A DNA stretch of 64,000 nt from NCBI RefSeq assembly GCF_006345805.1, contig NC_043006.1, forward strand, positions 77,128,001 through 77,192,000. The letters are read 5' to 3'. This stretch comes from Octopus sinensis. Its lineage: Eukaryota. The position numbers were made by a program, and so were the translations under genes. This document shows positions 38,807-52,397 of the stretch, one piece after another. Under the pieces are notes generated by a model. That model worked only from the letters and a program-made list of their open reading frames with translations, made no database searches and was not told the origin of the DNA. How positions within the stretch are numbered: the stretch's first letter is position 1; the number at the start of each line of letters is the position of its first letter.

Positions 38807-38807
38807 T

Positions 38808-38839
<32 letters not shown>

Positions 38840-38847
38840 ATAGATAA

Positions 38848-38900
<53 letters not shown>

Positions 38901-38925
38901 CTGATTGATTGATTCATAAATAGAT
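38750..38925. repeat. (GATA)n array
   Basis: Direct reading. Confidence 0.95.
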
Positions 38926-40176
38926 AGGGAGATAGGCAAAGAATTGATTAATTAGGGATAGAGTGAGAGAGAGGAAGGGGAGAGGAATGAGGTTGTGTGT
39001 ACTAAGATACGGTATAGGTTAGTGATATTTGAACAATTTTTCCAGTGTCATGAACACAATGTCTATCTATGTCAGCTCTGGAGTAATACCAATAAATAAA
39101 TTCTCTATTTTTGCATACCTTTGTCCTATACTGCTGTCGATACGGCCCTGTATATTTGTTTTAATAACTGCAACATCCTGTATCATTGTAAAAGTTGTAT
39201 GCATTACTGTATCGAATTTTTTAAGACTGCACTTTATTCCCAAAACACCATTTTATTTGCATACAAACTTCGAGAAATATTCGTGTCTTGATGGCTTATT
39301 CTTGTGGTCGTTTGCGATGTAAAGCTAAGGTTATTGTTACACAGTTATAATTACTAATTTTGTTTGTCATTAATTATGACGTTCGACTCATGTATCAGCC
39401 CTGATCGAGCGGAGATTTGATCGAAGCAAAGCAGGCGGGATACATCTAGTTTTCTTTTCCTATCCTTTTTGCCTCTGTATCAAGGTCTACCAACTTCGAT
39501 GTGCTGTTCGTTTTTTATCCTTTTTCATTGGGGAATTTAGCTGCTTTATATAGGAGGCCAAACGGTCACTTTCAAGACAGATCCTCGTTACCAAATTATT
39601 GTTAGATATAGTTAGTTCTCCATACCCAACACAAAAGATTTTCCACCGTGAGTACCATGTTTTTTGTGTTTTGCTTCTTTTTGTTTTTAGAATAGCCCCG
39701 GCCATATGTTTCCAATGGTAGCCTTTATTTCAAATAGTAACGTGTAATTCGATGAAGATGTGGCGGCTGTTTTTAACCGAATGATTAACTACGTACAGGA
39801 TTTGTCATCTGTTGTTTCTTTTGGAGTATTTTTACATCATTTATCTTTCTGCTTATGAATTCTTCTCTCTTACGTTTCGTAGCTTTTTTTTTTCTCTTTT
39901 TTTTTGTGCCATTAGTATTTGTGTACGATTGGAATATGTTTTGTGGTATTTTTCATTTGACGATGTCTCATTATGTTCTCTCTCTCTCCTATTTTCCAAG
40001 ATGTTATCATACCAGCACTTTGATCAATCTCCGTTGAAATGGCCTCTTGATCTCACTATCGTTCTGTGATTTATTTCACTTTGTTTCTGGTTCAATGATA
40101 TTTGTTTCAAGAACAATCATCGGGTATAATTAGAACGCCGAAAGTGTAGGTACACAAATAAGTATTGATGCGTTCC

Positions 40177-40289
<113 letters not shown>

Positions 40290-42034
40290 CAAAACGAATC
40301 AAAACTACAATCAAATAGCTTCGATTTTACGTGATAAAAGCAATGAGAAATTGCGCTTAACAAATTAGATTTTAAAAACTACGCCTTAAAATTGTTCATC
40401 AGATGAGAACACAAATAGCCTAAAGGTGTACTCTTAGAATGATAGGGTTCAGTGGTATCTAGAATGCAATACACATTTTTGAAGGTATTATGCAATTATG
40501 CAAGTTTTTAGAAAACTTAAATTAATGTTTGAGTGTCTCGAAAATCGTGTTATACATAATTTACTAAGTCACAAATAGTATGATTAAAAAACAATATAAA
40601 GAATACTTCACTTTTAAATATTTAAAAAAAAACCCTTTTAAATGTATGTAATCTCCAGTTACAAAAGATTAAGAGACACTAGCTTAGGATTTACGATAGC
40701 ATTTCATATGTTTCATTAACACTATGTTATATCTGTGATCACAGAACGTAACTTTTAAATAGCGAAGTCTATCTAGCCATAAATAAGTACCGTAAATAGT
40801 AACCACGCGCCAACAGAATCAACCGCAGCAGTGGAGAAATTACTAAGTGCTTTGTTAGGTTGCATTGCGCAGTTCAGTTCTTCCTGTGGGCCTAGATTAA
40901 TAGATTAAGCAATGTGAAAACACTCAAATATAATCTTTCCGAGAATAACTACGTGAAGACCAACAGGGTTGGACGGAACTATCAAATGATGCTGATAAGT
41001 CGTTAGGTAATAAGTTTTGGATTCTTTGTTAGTTATTTCTGATAACTGGACCGAAGGAGGTGACTCGAATTAGGCGCAGTGCCAGAAAAAACAATGAAAC
41101 ACATGCGTTGGTATTAAAGTAAAACTACATGAACTCGTGTCTGATCCATATGTATTTGGTTTTTCATTTCTAAGAAAGGGAGAAGAGAAGCCATCGCTAA
41201 TTTAGACACTATGAGAAAGAAGAAGGAAAACGAAAACCTTATTCACTTAAGTATCATGCGCATATGTGCATTAAGACATACGTACTATACACACCTATTA
41301 AAAGATATTTCTATTTGAATATATTCCTCAAATGTCAAATCAAGATTTATATTTAAGATAAATGAAATAAATTTTATACGTGTTTGAATTTGTAAAATTT
41401 CTTTTTCGTCGAGAAAGAATATTGAATTTAGATGAAGGCTAGATGTACTCCGTTGAACCCGAATGCGACTATTAGCGGAACGTATTTCTACTTTAACGTT
41501 AAATCAAGATCTATATTCAAATAAATCATATAAATGTACACATATTTTATATCTCATAAAATTACAGCTTTAGCGATAAAAAATAATAGAATTTAAATGA
41601 GTGATGCATGTACTTCGTTGACCCTGAATCTGAACGACAGTAATTATTATGTATTGCCACTTCAAAGTAAAATCAAGATTAATAGTTAAACAGATAAAAT
41701 AAATGTTATACGTATTTATTATAGTTAATAAAAAGGAAATAATGTGGTTGTTTCAATGACGCAATAATCGCCCCCGAAGTAGTCGAATATGAAGTGACTA
41801 TAACAATATTAATTGTTTATGATAAAAGACAGGAATAAAAATTGCGGTAGGGAGTGGGGTGGGATCTAATGCAATTATATCGAGCACAGTACTTTACTTG
41901 TATTTTATTTAAACAAATAAAAAAAATGACGTCAGTAGGATCTAAACATAGAATATAAAGATCCGAAACAAACGCCGAAATATATTTTTCAGACGATCAA
42001 ATGATTCTACTATAAAGCCGTCCTAATACAAATA

Positions 42035-42470
42035 ATCCATTGTAGTGTAGGCACAAGGACTGAGATTTGTGAATAGGAGGATAGTAGATCACATCGACCA
42101 CAGTATGCAGCTGGTACTTAATTTATCGACTTCGAAGGAATCAAAGGCGTATTTGACGTCGACAGAATTTGAACTCAGGTCGTCAAGATGGAGGAAATAC
42201 TGCTAAGCATTTTGCCCGGCGTGCTGATAATTCTGCCAGCTCACTACCTTAGTAGTAATAATAATAATCCTTTCTACTAAAGGTAATTTTGGGGAAGGGG
42301 ACTAGTAGATTACATTGACCACAGTATGCAACTGGTACATAATTTATCGACCTTGAAAGAATGAAAGGCAAAGTCAACCTCGGTGGAATTTGGACTCAGA
42401 ACGTAAAGACGGACGAAATGCTGCTATGCAATTCGCCCGGCGTGCCAATGATTCTGCCAGCTCACCGCCT
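42035..42470 (-). mobile_element. Two tandem SINE family B copies with (ATT)n tails
   Basis: Family B core twice, heads ending gccagctcac(t/c)(a/g)ccttag, separated by AAT runs. Confidence 0.85.
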
Positions 42471-42516
42471 TAGTAATAATAATAACAATAATAATCTTTT
42501 CTACTCTAGGCACAAG

Positions 42517-42732
42517 ATGGGATGGACTACTTGACTTAAACAAATTCTAACTGCGGCCCACCTACATGGTTAAGCGCTGGTTGTCTTGATTTGAGATCAC
42601 CTTGTTGCGCACGCATGGCTGGGATGCATTCGCCTATTGCACCCTTAATGATAAGGATAGGCATGATGGGTATATTGAGCTACACATTTTTGCCCCAGTG
42701 TCACTTTCGTAGCATGAGCTATTCTCCTACAC

Positions 42733-42785
<53 letters not shown>

Positions 42786-42806
42786 TAATAACAATAATAA
42801 TAACGA
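42517..42806 (+). mobile_element. RTE-tail retroelement 3' fragment plus (AAT)n
   Basis: Ends gccccagtgtcactttcgtagcatg...ctcctacac(AAT)n. Body similar to about 56860-57000. Confidence 0.6.
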
Positions 42807-42810
42807 TACA

Positions 42811-43452
42811 GAAATAAATCAGAGGCTGACCTAACAGAACTAGATGATCTAAAAAATCTCATTATGATTGAGTGGATGAAAATTAATGAAACCAGTATGA
42901 ATGAACGTGACATTCTACCGAAATTTCGAAACTCTAACCAAAACCTGTAAGTAATTGGTGAAATCAGCCCTGCACTTAAAGATATAATTTCGGCTAATGA
43001 TGTTGGTATTAAAGATCTAAATCCCCTGTACTATGCATCCGTAAAGATATCAATGATTCTAAAAAATTAAGAAGCGATGACATTGCCCCAAATAACCTAT
43101 TTGGCAAGCGATTATCGAAGAACGAATTCAGTCACTTATATATGACATAGAATTCTTAAAACACCTCAAGTTTGATAAGAATATCAAACCAACAGTAATC
43201 TGCAGATTAAAGAAAAGGTATAATATGACAACCATACTTGACATTGATACCACCATAGAAACTATCAAGCAAAATGTATCTGCTAAAGATGCCCGAATAG
43301 CACGGTATGAAAAGCATTCCATTTTCTACAAGGAAAACATGTTAAATAACCCAAAGCATTTTTACAGGAAGATAAAGAAAATACTAGTTACAGCAAAGTC
43401 TGTCCCTTCAAAAGTAGAAGTGCAGGAACTTTGGGAAAACGCACAATTATAA
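42811..43452 (+). pseudogene. Degraded R4/Dong-like non-LTR ORF fragment (region N-terminal of RT)
   Basis: ETIKQNVSAKDARIARYEKHSIFYKENMLNNPKHFYRKI...PSKVEVQELWEN resembles the remembered R4-clade pattern KQ...RI.RY...N..F..NPK.FY...P...E...FW. Stops and frameshifts occur upstream. Confidence 0.6.
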
Positions 43453-43548
43453 GGACACCCTTGTATTGATAGAATATCTACGGATATCGTGCATGTAAAC
43501 AACAAAATGAAATCCTTGACCAATTTGTCTCCATGTGCAGTCTTCTTT

Positions 43549-43596
<48 letters not shown>

Positions 43597-45240
43597 TTAG
43601 TTGTAGTTCTAAGTTACGCACACGGTTAGCAGTTTAGAAAATAACGGATGATTTGATGCTATCGGTTCCATATTTGACTGGCATTTAGTTTTATCCGTTG
43701 CTGATGAATGAAAAGGTAATGTTTTCCAAACGAGAAATGAACTCTTTACAATTTTGCAAAGTTCAAGTCTTGTCGAAGTTTCATTTTTCAGTGGACGATA
43801 AATTAAGTATCAGTCAAGTGCCGAAATCAATGTAAGCAGATTTTGCCCCTTTCACGAAATTTCTAGTTTGTGCCTATATTAGGGGCTTTTAAAATAGGTG
43901 AGAATAGGATCAACAAGGAAAACAGCAGCAACAGTAGCAATCAGCAGTAACAAAGTCATCGTCACAAAAGACGTAGTCAGAATGATTAGAATCAAACGGA
44001 CAATGAATGGAAATAATCGGAACGCTGCTGTTATTAAAAGAGACAATAATGGCTAAACCGGTCGTCATTATACTGGTCTCAAGTTTGTATAACAGACAGG
44101 AACAACAAAGAATACAACAACAACAACGGCAACATCATAAACAACAGCAGCAGAGGACAACAATACCGCAAACACCAATATCATCGACGACAGCAACACC
44201 AACGACAACATTATGAATTCATACCATTATAAAACAACAATAGCATGGACGATAACAAAAGATATAAAGAATGAGAGAGGAAAGAAAGCAAATATGATAA
44301 CAACTTCGCTATTTATTTATCATTTTATTTTCTGTTTCTCACTTCACGTAGCTTCCTGCTTTTGGAATGACCCGCATAGACGCTGTCATCAATGTTCAAT
44401 GCAACCAATTCTAAAGAGCGCCGAAATCCGTTGATTGCCAATTCATATCAGTGTTGATCGATTATCTATGAATCACTAACGAATTGAAGAAAAGAAAATT
44501 ATTTAAAGTGGCTGTGTGGCTATGTTGTTATGGAGAATGAATTCCTCAAAGTCCATAGGCTACGGGAGGATGCCATATTTTCTGTATCTCGTTGTCAGGC
44601 AAATTACGACTATTAAATGGTTCCAGGTAGTCAAATGAGAAAACAGGTAGCAGCCAATAATCTTTTTTTTTCTTTTTCGCTATTATTTCAATCAACGCCA
44701 GACAAAGAGGTAAACAACTACTAATAACAAGTTTCTCTTATAATGAAATTATGGTCGATGAAAAGGTTAATTTGCATATGAGTCAGAGAAGAGGTTATTT
44801 CAATGAAGCCACGTACTTTGGATGATTAATTTATCTACTATTCAGATAATTTATTTCACAGACGTCAAACTAAGTTCCTATTGACATTGTGTTTGTTAAA
44901 GTGTTGGACAGAAGCAATTAATAATGTTTACCAAATTTCGATTGACTTCGAAAAACGAAATTCGTTTCCAGAGAGATTTCAGACTGGAAATGACAAACTT
45001 TTACGTGATATTGTTACTCTTAATGCTGCCAATGTCACTTGTCACGAAGGACGACTCTCCACACCTGTCTTCTTTGTCGTGTGAATATCTCTTAATCTCC
45101 ACTTAGTCGTGATCACTTTCTGATCATTGTTTTCCATCAAGTAAGACAAAGTATTCCTCTGATACTGATACGATGGATTGTCCACTTGAATGCTTCATAT
45201 ATAAGTCATCTTCATCGATTTCTCATCTATTATTCTCATA

Positions 45241-45400
45241 CAAGGGCGGTGGATTGGTAGAATCGTTAGAGCGTCTGACAAAATGTCTTCTGATATTTTC
45301 TTGATAATTTAGATCCTGAATTCATAATCAACTTTCATGTGACCCTTCTGTGGTTGAAAAATATAGTACCAGTCAAGTACTAAAGTTGATATAGTTCCCT
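45241..45400 (+). mobile_element. SINE family B (old)
   Basis: caagggcggtggattggtagaatcgttagagcg head and degenerate core. Confidence 0.65.
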
Positions 45401-46336
45401 AAATTCATAACTCCCAATTTCAGGCTACAAGCCTCTTTATGTGTTATTATATGTATGGTATTATCGCTATGATGCCTTATTTTGAAGGATTATAAATCCA
45501 TTATCTACGTTGTGATTGCTATGTATCTCCTTGTGATATTTACAAACAGAACGATCCCTGCTGGCATCCATAGTGTAATTTTTGCACGTTTCGCCAATTT
45601 TTGCACGTTTCACCACACATATCTGAAATCAGTCATAGCGTGTAATTTGATTTGCCTTCTTAATTGGTTCAATGAGTTCACATTTTAAAGACCTCATTAA
45701 TTTGAAATAAAAATCCGATGTGTTTAGATATATCTGATTGATATATTATGTACTCATCCAAAGAGTTATAATGCCACCCGCTTGTTCGGTTTTCATAGTT
45801 TTATTTATATTAATGTTTCTTTTTTTTAATGTCACAAAAATAATTATTTCTCATACTTAATATTTGTTACCGTTCCGTGAATACGTAGAAGAATGTGTCA
45901 ACATAATCCAGTACCGCTAAATACTTTCTAGATGTTTGTTCAGCTCTTTCCCTTAGATCTATATCTTCCTCCAATTCTATTTTTCTCATACTGTAATTTA
46001 GCGAAACATTAAATAAGAGAGCAGAGAAAACTATATTTTATAGTAAATCAGTTCCTAATTCAAATGACTTACTGAGGAAGCTATATAAGCGGCATCAATG
46101 GATGAATCGTATCCGTTGAAGTGAGATATCTTTCTTGCATGCGTAGTACGCAGCCCACTCAGTGCTACCAAATGTATTTTTAAAAATGTATAAAACCACT
46201 ATCAAAGTCCATCTCAATTTCAAATATTGTTATATAAACGTATGAGCATAACTATGTGGCCCGTACAATATCAGCATCTCTGAAAGTCTGCTTATGTATC
46301 CCTTACTTGACTGTCCAATACCATCAGCACCCTATA

Positions 46337-46660
46337 ACTGGTACTCTATCGATTACGATGACAAGGGTGCCAGTTGATCCAAACACCGGAACAGCCTGCT
46401 CGTGAAATTAACGGGTAAGTGACTGAGCAGTCCACAGACACGTGTTCCCTTAACGTAGTTCTCAAGGAGATTCAGCGTGACGCATCATATGACAAGGTTG
46501 GCCCTTTTAACTAGAGACACTACTCATCATTTTTTCCCAACTGATGATCTGGAGCAACATGAAAAATGTATCTTGCTGAAAGACACAACGCGCCACCGGG
46601 AATTGAACTCATGACCGTACGATTGTGAGCCGAATACTCTAACCACTAAGCCACGCGCCT
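46337..46660 (-). mobile_element. tRNA-derived SINE, family C
   Basis: Head aggcgcgtggcttagtggttagag...gagttcaattccc. Related fragments at about 3330-3480 and 14490-14620. Confidence 0.8.
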
Positions 46661-47471
46661 TTACGTTCCCTATACAGAATAACCAACTAAACTCTTTTAA
46701 TACTATACTGCTCAGGGTTATAGCGCTCTAAAATCCACACGCTTTGGGACATTTCTCTTTTTAGATATCGTTGTTACTATGTGGGAATTCCAATCTTTAG
46801 GGATCTGTTGAATATGCAATATATTACGAAACTGTGTCAAGAAATCCCTTGCAGTCGCATTTATCTGCGTTTAATGTTTCTCTTGTAATATCATCTAATC
46901 CAGGGGTCTTTCTGTATATTTCTTTTGTTGGTAGTTTGTTGAATGACTTTTGCTATTTATTTTAAAGATACTTAATGTACAGCCGATTGCAGCTCATGCT
47001 GTAAACCAGGAATTTTCAGATAGAGAATTGCTCTCCTTGAACGCCTCCTTAGTGACTAAATGTTCTTCCATATTTTATTCTGTATTTTTAAATTAGAATA
47101 TGCGGATTTTAATGTCGTTAGATTATTAGATAAACAACCAAGAAATCGATATGTTTTAAACAACGAGCGAAATTTTATTGTGTTTGATATTGAGGAATAT
47201 CACTCACAAATTCGTTTGCTCATGCAACTGTAACCGGTGCATAGAATATTTACCACTCTGTACACCCAATCGAGTATATCTGCGAAATCGTCAACAGTTC
47301 CTTAATGCCGTTCATCAGAGGGTCATTAAAGAGCTGTGAACATACTGTAAATTTAGGCAAAGTTCCTTTCGTTTTGCTGTTTAAGACGATGGGATGTGAA
47401 TTGTGACTCATATGGCAGCTATTAGTAATGGGCTGATCCTCTTCGTGGAGACTATTCTCATATGGCAGAAT

Positions 47472-47708
47472 TTTTTTTCTTTTTCTACCCACAAGGGGCT
47501 AAACACAGAGGGGACAAACAAGGACAGGCAAACGGATTAAGTCGATTACATCGACCCCAGTGCGTAACTGGTACTTAATTCATCGACTCCGAAAGGATGA
47601 AGGGCAAAGTCGACATCGGCGGAATTTGAACTCAGAACGTAACGGCAGATGAAATACGGCAACACATTTCGCCCGGCGTACTAACGTTTCTGCCAGCTCG
47701 CCGCCTTA
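47472..47708 (-). mobile_element. SINE family B, full length with 16-bp TSD
   Basis: TSD TCTCATATGGCAGAAT (47456-47471) / TCTCTTATGGCAGAAT (47709-47724). Confidence 0.93.
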
Positions 47709-48763
47709 TCTCTTATGGCAGAATATACTACACTGCTAATAAGCAGCAGCAATACAGTGAAATTGAAAGACTGTATGGTAAGATTTCAGTGCTGAATTTG
47801 AATTACCTTGAGAATACAGAAGATTCAACAGGAAAACGATCGCGTATCTGTTTCTAAATTGCTACATTTTAATCATTGCAAGAGTTATTATAATAAGACC
47901 TAGAACAAAACACAATGCAGTTGAAAAAAGTTTCTGCTATTCCACCACACCACTTACAAACTTCTTATCTTGATCATTTTTATAGCTTAAAAAACAAATA
48001 GACCATAAGTAATTTATGATATTTATTTATTTTTAACCATGAAAATCTATACATACTTTAGCTATCTCAAAAATTTTTCGATACAGTTTAGCAATGTTGT
48101 GAATTCATGTATCACTACGAACGTAAATGTGCGTTATTTTTCAAACTTTATATTATTTTCTGAACTTTAATCATCATAAAAATGTTAAAATAAAAATTAT
48201 ATGACTGAAGTTATAAAATTTCAGGAAATAAAGAAAACAGGAATGATAATAAAAGATGCGGTGTAAAATAAATTACTTATGGAAATGAATATATAATGAA
48301 TTCGTGAGATATTATCTGTGAATATTCAGCTTATCCTAAAAGGTATTTAATAAAACCTATTTACACAAAAACTATTTATTGAAGTACATTATAGTTAGCT
48401 GTAATTTTAATTAGTGTTTCAAGATTTTCTAAAGTTCGAGTCAAAATTTATTGAATCATTAAATTAGTTTATAACAGCAAGCACATTAATGTTGGAATGT
48501 TGGATTTACATTTGAATGTAAATAAAAAGAAATCCAGTAATGAAATATTTATTAGCGAAGGGCAGAGGCGGTGTTGGATGGTAGAATGTGTCAAACGCGG
48601 AAGTGATGGGATGTATTAATTGGATAAACCCGTTTGGGTTCTGAGTTCAAGCTTTGCTTACTTGTAGTCTTTTTATATTTTTACATTTTTGTTTTCGTTA
48701 AAATTATTTTATAGCAATTTCTAGTTCTTTTTTTATGTTTTATTCATTTCCGCCTCTATTTGC

Positions 48764-49185
48764 TTACTCTTTTACTCTATTTTACTCTTTTACTTGTTTC
48801 AGTCATTTGACTGCGGCCATGCTGGAGCGCCGCCTTTAGTCGAGCAAATCGACCCCTGGACTTATTTCTTTGTAAGCCCAGTACTTATTCTATCGGTCTC
48901 TGTTGCCGAACCGCTAATTGACGGGGACGTAAACACACCAGCATCAGTTGTCAAGCAATGCTAGGGGGACAAACACAGACACACAAACATATACACACAC
49001 ACTTATATATATATACATATATAAGACAGGCTTCTTTCAGTTTCCGTCTACCAAATCCACTCACAAGGCATTGGTCGGCCAGGGCTAGAGCAGAAGACAC
49101 TTGCCCAAGATGCCACGCAGTGAGACTGAACCCGGAACCATGAGGTTGGTTAGCAAGCTACTTACCACACAGCCACTCCTGCGCT
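48764..49185 (-). mobile_element. SINE family A, full length
   Basis: Reverse match to family A. Confidence 0.92.
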
Positions 49186-51931
49186 TGTGTAATGAAAACG
49201 TTCACTTCGCAATCTATTGGGTTCAGGTTCAATCTCTCTTAGCGTGACATGTTGTCTTTCCATATCACACTGAATTGACTAATTTCTTCTTTATCAGACA
49301 CTGCGTAGAAACGTGTCGGTGTGACATTTCCTATTTCTAAGAGGTAAGCTTAACTGGAACCCAGTTTAACAGCACCACCAGACCATAAGGGATTTGGGGA
49401 GCTGAGTTCTATCACTTATAAGTTTTTAGCTTCGGTCTCAAAGCGGAGATTAACTTCCTACTTACTCACACGAATCCTCAGAAATGATCATATATTTTAC
49501 TCTTTCCTTTCCTCTTATGAGTAAATCATTAAAATATAATTACCACTTAAGTTCCTGGGATTATACTTCTCTCCTCAAATTTTTTGGCTTTGTGCCTATA
49601 CCAGAAATAATAATGTAACATTAATATGAATAACAGTTCTAACAGTTGGGTTAACATTACAGATAGAAATTTAACTGCTCTATGTGTACTTTTACGAAAA
49701 ACGCAGTAAGTAACCTACAGCAGTTGCTTGTATACATAAAAAATGTTTACTCTAATTATGAGTTCGCAAATTATGAAAAGAATTGTATTAATATTGTCAA
49801 CATGATCTTCTATTTACGTGTGAAAATGGCTTATGAGTAATATGGAGTGATCATTTTTTTTTGTACTATATTTAGCTTCATACAAGTTTTGAAAGAGTAT
49901 AATTATGATTGATAGCATTCCAGATATGACTAATCTCTTTTATTTAAATAATCCATATGGAGGACTATCTTAATCAATGATTCTTTCCTCTAAGGAACAT
50001 AGTATTAATTGAACAGTCATACAGTTTATGTCAGTTCAAGTGACACTATTTCAAGGGAATCTGGTTTTAATTACTAATTTTTAACCCTTCATTTTATTTT
50101 CTCCCATACGGCTTGTTATTCTCACTAGTTGCAGCCCCTTCTCCCCCCACACACACACTTTTCTTCCTACCTATCTCCCTGCTACTCCACTCTTCTTTGC
50201 ATTGCCTTGTTTTATCCATTCGTACGTTTACTAGTGTGGTTTTTATTATGTCTATATTTTTCCTCTCTGAAGATGTCTGATTTTTGACTCGTCACGGTAA
50301 ATCACTCATCGTAATTTTTTTTCCTACGAAATTTTATGTTCCTATCATACCGAAGCAAATATCACTGAGTAATGAGATACATGCAATATAGCATCTATGT
50401 ATTTGAAGCAAAGATAAGTAAACTAATTGCTCGGATAACATATGCGTGAAATTACAAATCCATATAATAGGAAACATAACAATTTCTTATATTGGCACAT
50501 ACACAAATATTCTATTTAAACTGTTGTCCTTTCGTTATTCCTATGTTATTCTTTAATAATTTAACCTTTAATCATAATTATTACAATAATGGTCATCACG
50601 TTTTATTTAATTCCATTTCATGTCAAGAAATACAATATCTATGTTACTCGTGATCTTTCAAAAAAAAAGTAGGATATAATTTAAGTAGATTTTGCTGCTA
50701 ATTCTAGCAGGTCAATTTTGTTTTTTTGGTTCATGCAGTTTCTTCGTTGGCTCTTGCAATGAAATACGTTGAATAGAAATATTTGCTATTTATTTCTGTA
50801 GCATCGTCAAAATATGTTTAAGGTGTATAACAAGTGAGAGTCAAAGGTGCTGCTCGTCTATATATGAGAAACTACAGTATAGCGAAAATCGATATTGCAA
50901 TACTATTAAAAGCAGATCAAATTTGCAAGTTGACTTCCGCTCAATAACTTCCAGTACACTTTCCCTTCAACCGTGCTGTAACTACGCAAAATATGATTTC
51001 TATAACTAGAAAGAGAATTGCACATGACCATTTAAGAGGCTACCACAATCAACGTGAAAGAGAAAGAGAGAGAGAAGGGGAGAGAAAGACATCCTCAAAC
51101 TGAAGACTAGTATCGAACGCTCGTAACAGATTGGACACCGCCAAAGAAACCTAAGGTTTTGGTAGTGGAGCTGTTAAAGTTATTACTTCCCCTGCTTTCA
51201 ACTATTTGACGCTTCACATGTCAAACAATTTTCATGAAATTTCAAACTCGTTTCGGGACTCTACTGGACCAAACCCCTGGTTTATTGACGGTGAGAGTCA
51301 CAGTAAAATGTCCTTAGACTCCAGTGTGGAGAAACCGAACAGGAGAAGTAACTCGAAAAATATAGGTTTATGCTTTCATGCGCATAATTCACTTTTAAGC
51401 ATCGACAGAAACTAATCGCACATGTACGTGCATACGCAATTATAAGTACATATGTGTGATTAAATAACCGCCTCTGCCTCGACGAGGTGTAGTCCTATTG
51501 AGAGACACCCTGGGCAATAGTCTTCTACTATAGGCCAGGGCCGGCCAATATCATGAGATTGAATTTCTTGGCCAGCAGCCATTCCTGTTGCTGTTGCTGC
51601 TACTACAACCTTGACCCGGTAACTAACAATGGAAAATAAACAATACCATGTGATTTGTGTAAGAGAACATGTGAACTGTCAGAACAGATATCATGAAAGA
51701 CTAATTTAATCTAATTTATTTCAATATATTTTCCCATTTATTTCAGTATGACTACGTTGACTTTTAAAGCGATCGAAACTAGTAACGTAATTTGATAAAC
51801 ATTGTAAATACTTCCTTAATTTTAGCCATTATATGGCTAAATGTATGTATGTATGTAGGTTTTTAATACATTCAGACATGCATGTATGTATATGTGAGTG
51901 TGTATGTGTGAGTCTTTGTGTGTGTGTGTTC

Positions 51932-51982
51932 TAGCGGTTAGGCTATTCAACAACTGATCATAAGATCGTAAGTTCGATAACC
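51932..51982 (+). promoter_or_regulatory. Pol III A/B-box-like SINE head
   Basis: TAGCGGTTAGG (51932-51942) and GTTCGATAACC (51972-51982) at tRNA-like spacing. Confidence 0.45.
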
Positions 51983-52016
51983 GGTGTCGCATCTGCAGCT
52001 AGCAAGCCATGCTACT

Positions 52017-52056
52017 CCAGACTGATGACGAGCAAGACTCAGAAACGTGTATCTGG
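52017..52056 (+). ncRNA. Minimal type I hammerhead motif
   Basis: CCAGA-CTGATGA-C-GAG caaga CTC-A-GAAA-CGTGT-A-TCTGG: 5-bp stem I, 3-bp stem II closed by a C.A mismatch, ACGUGU self-complementary. Confidence 0.62.
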
Positions 52057-52223
52057 GTGCAGGCTTAGCTGGATGGGGGTGCTTGCCTCCCCCTTGTAAA
52101 CATAAGGACACAGGAAATGTGTCAAGGCCGACAGCAAGCTTTGTTGCTTCCTAGGGCTAAATAGCGGTGGTTTCATTCCCTTTATGGGACTGTCACGTTA
52201 AGTTGACAGTCATAATAGATTGT

Positions 52224-52263
<40 letters not shown>

Positions 52264-52289
52264 TATATATATATATATATTATATATAT

Positions 52290-52332
<43 letters not shown>

Positions 52333-52347
52333 CATATATATATATAC

Positions 52348-52380
<33 letters not shown>

Positions 52381-52397
52381 AATATATATAATATATA

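Noticed and set aside
39029-39705. ORFs with faint resemblance to LINE C-terminal or ORF1 sequence
   Set aside because: No diagnostic motif could be aligned with confidence.
50264-50300. CTCT-CTGAAGA-TGTC...GAC-TCGTC
   Set aside because: GAAA is missing and stem I does not pair.
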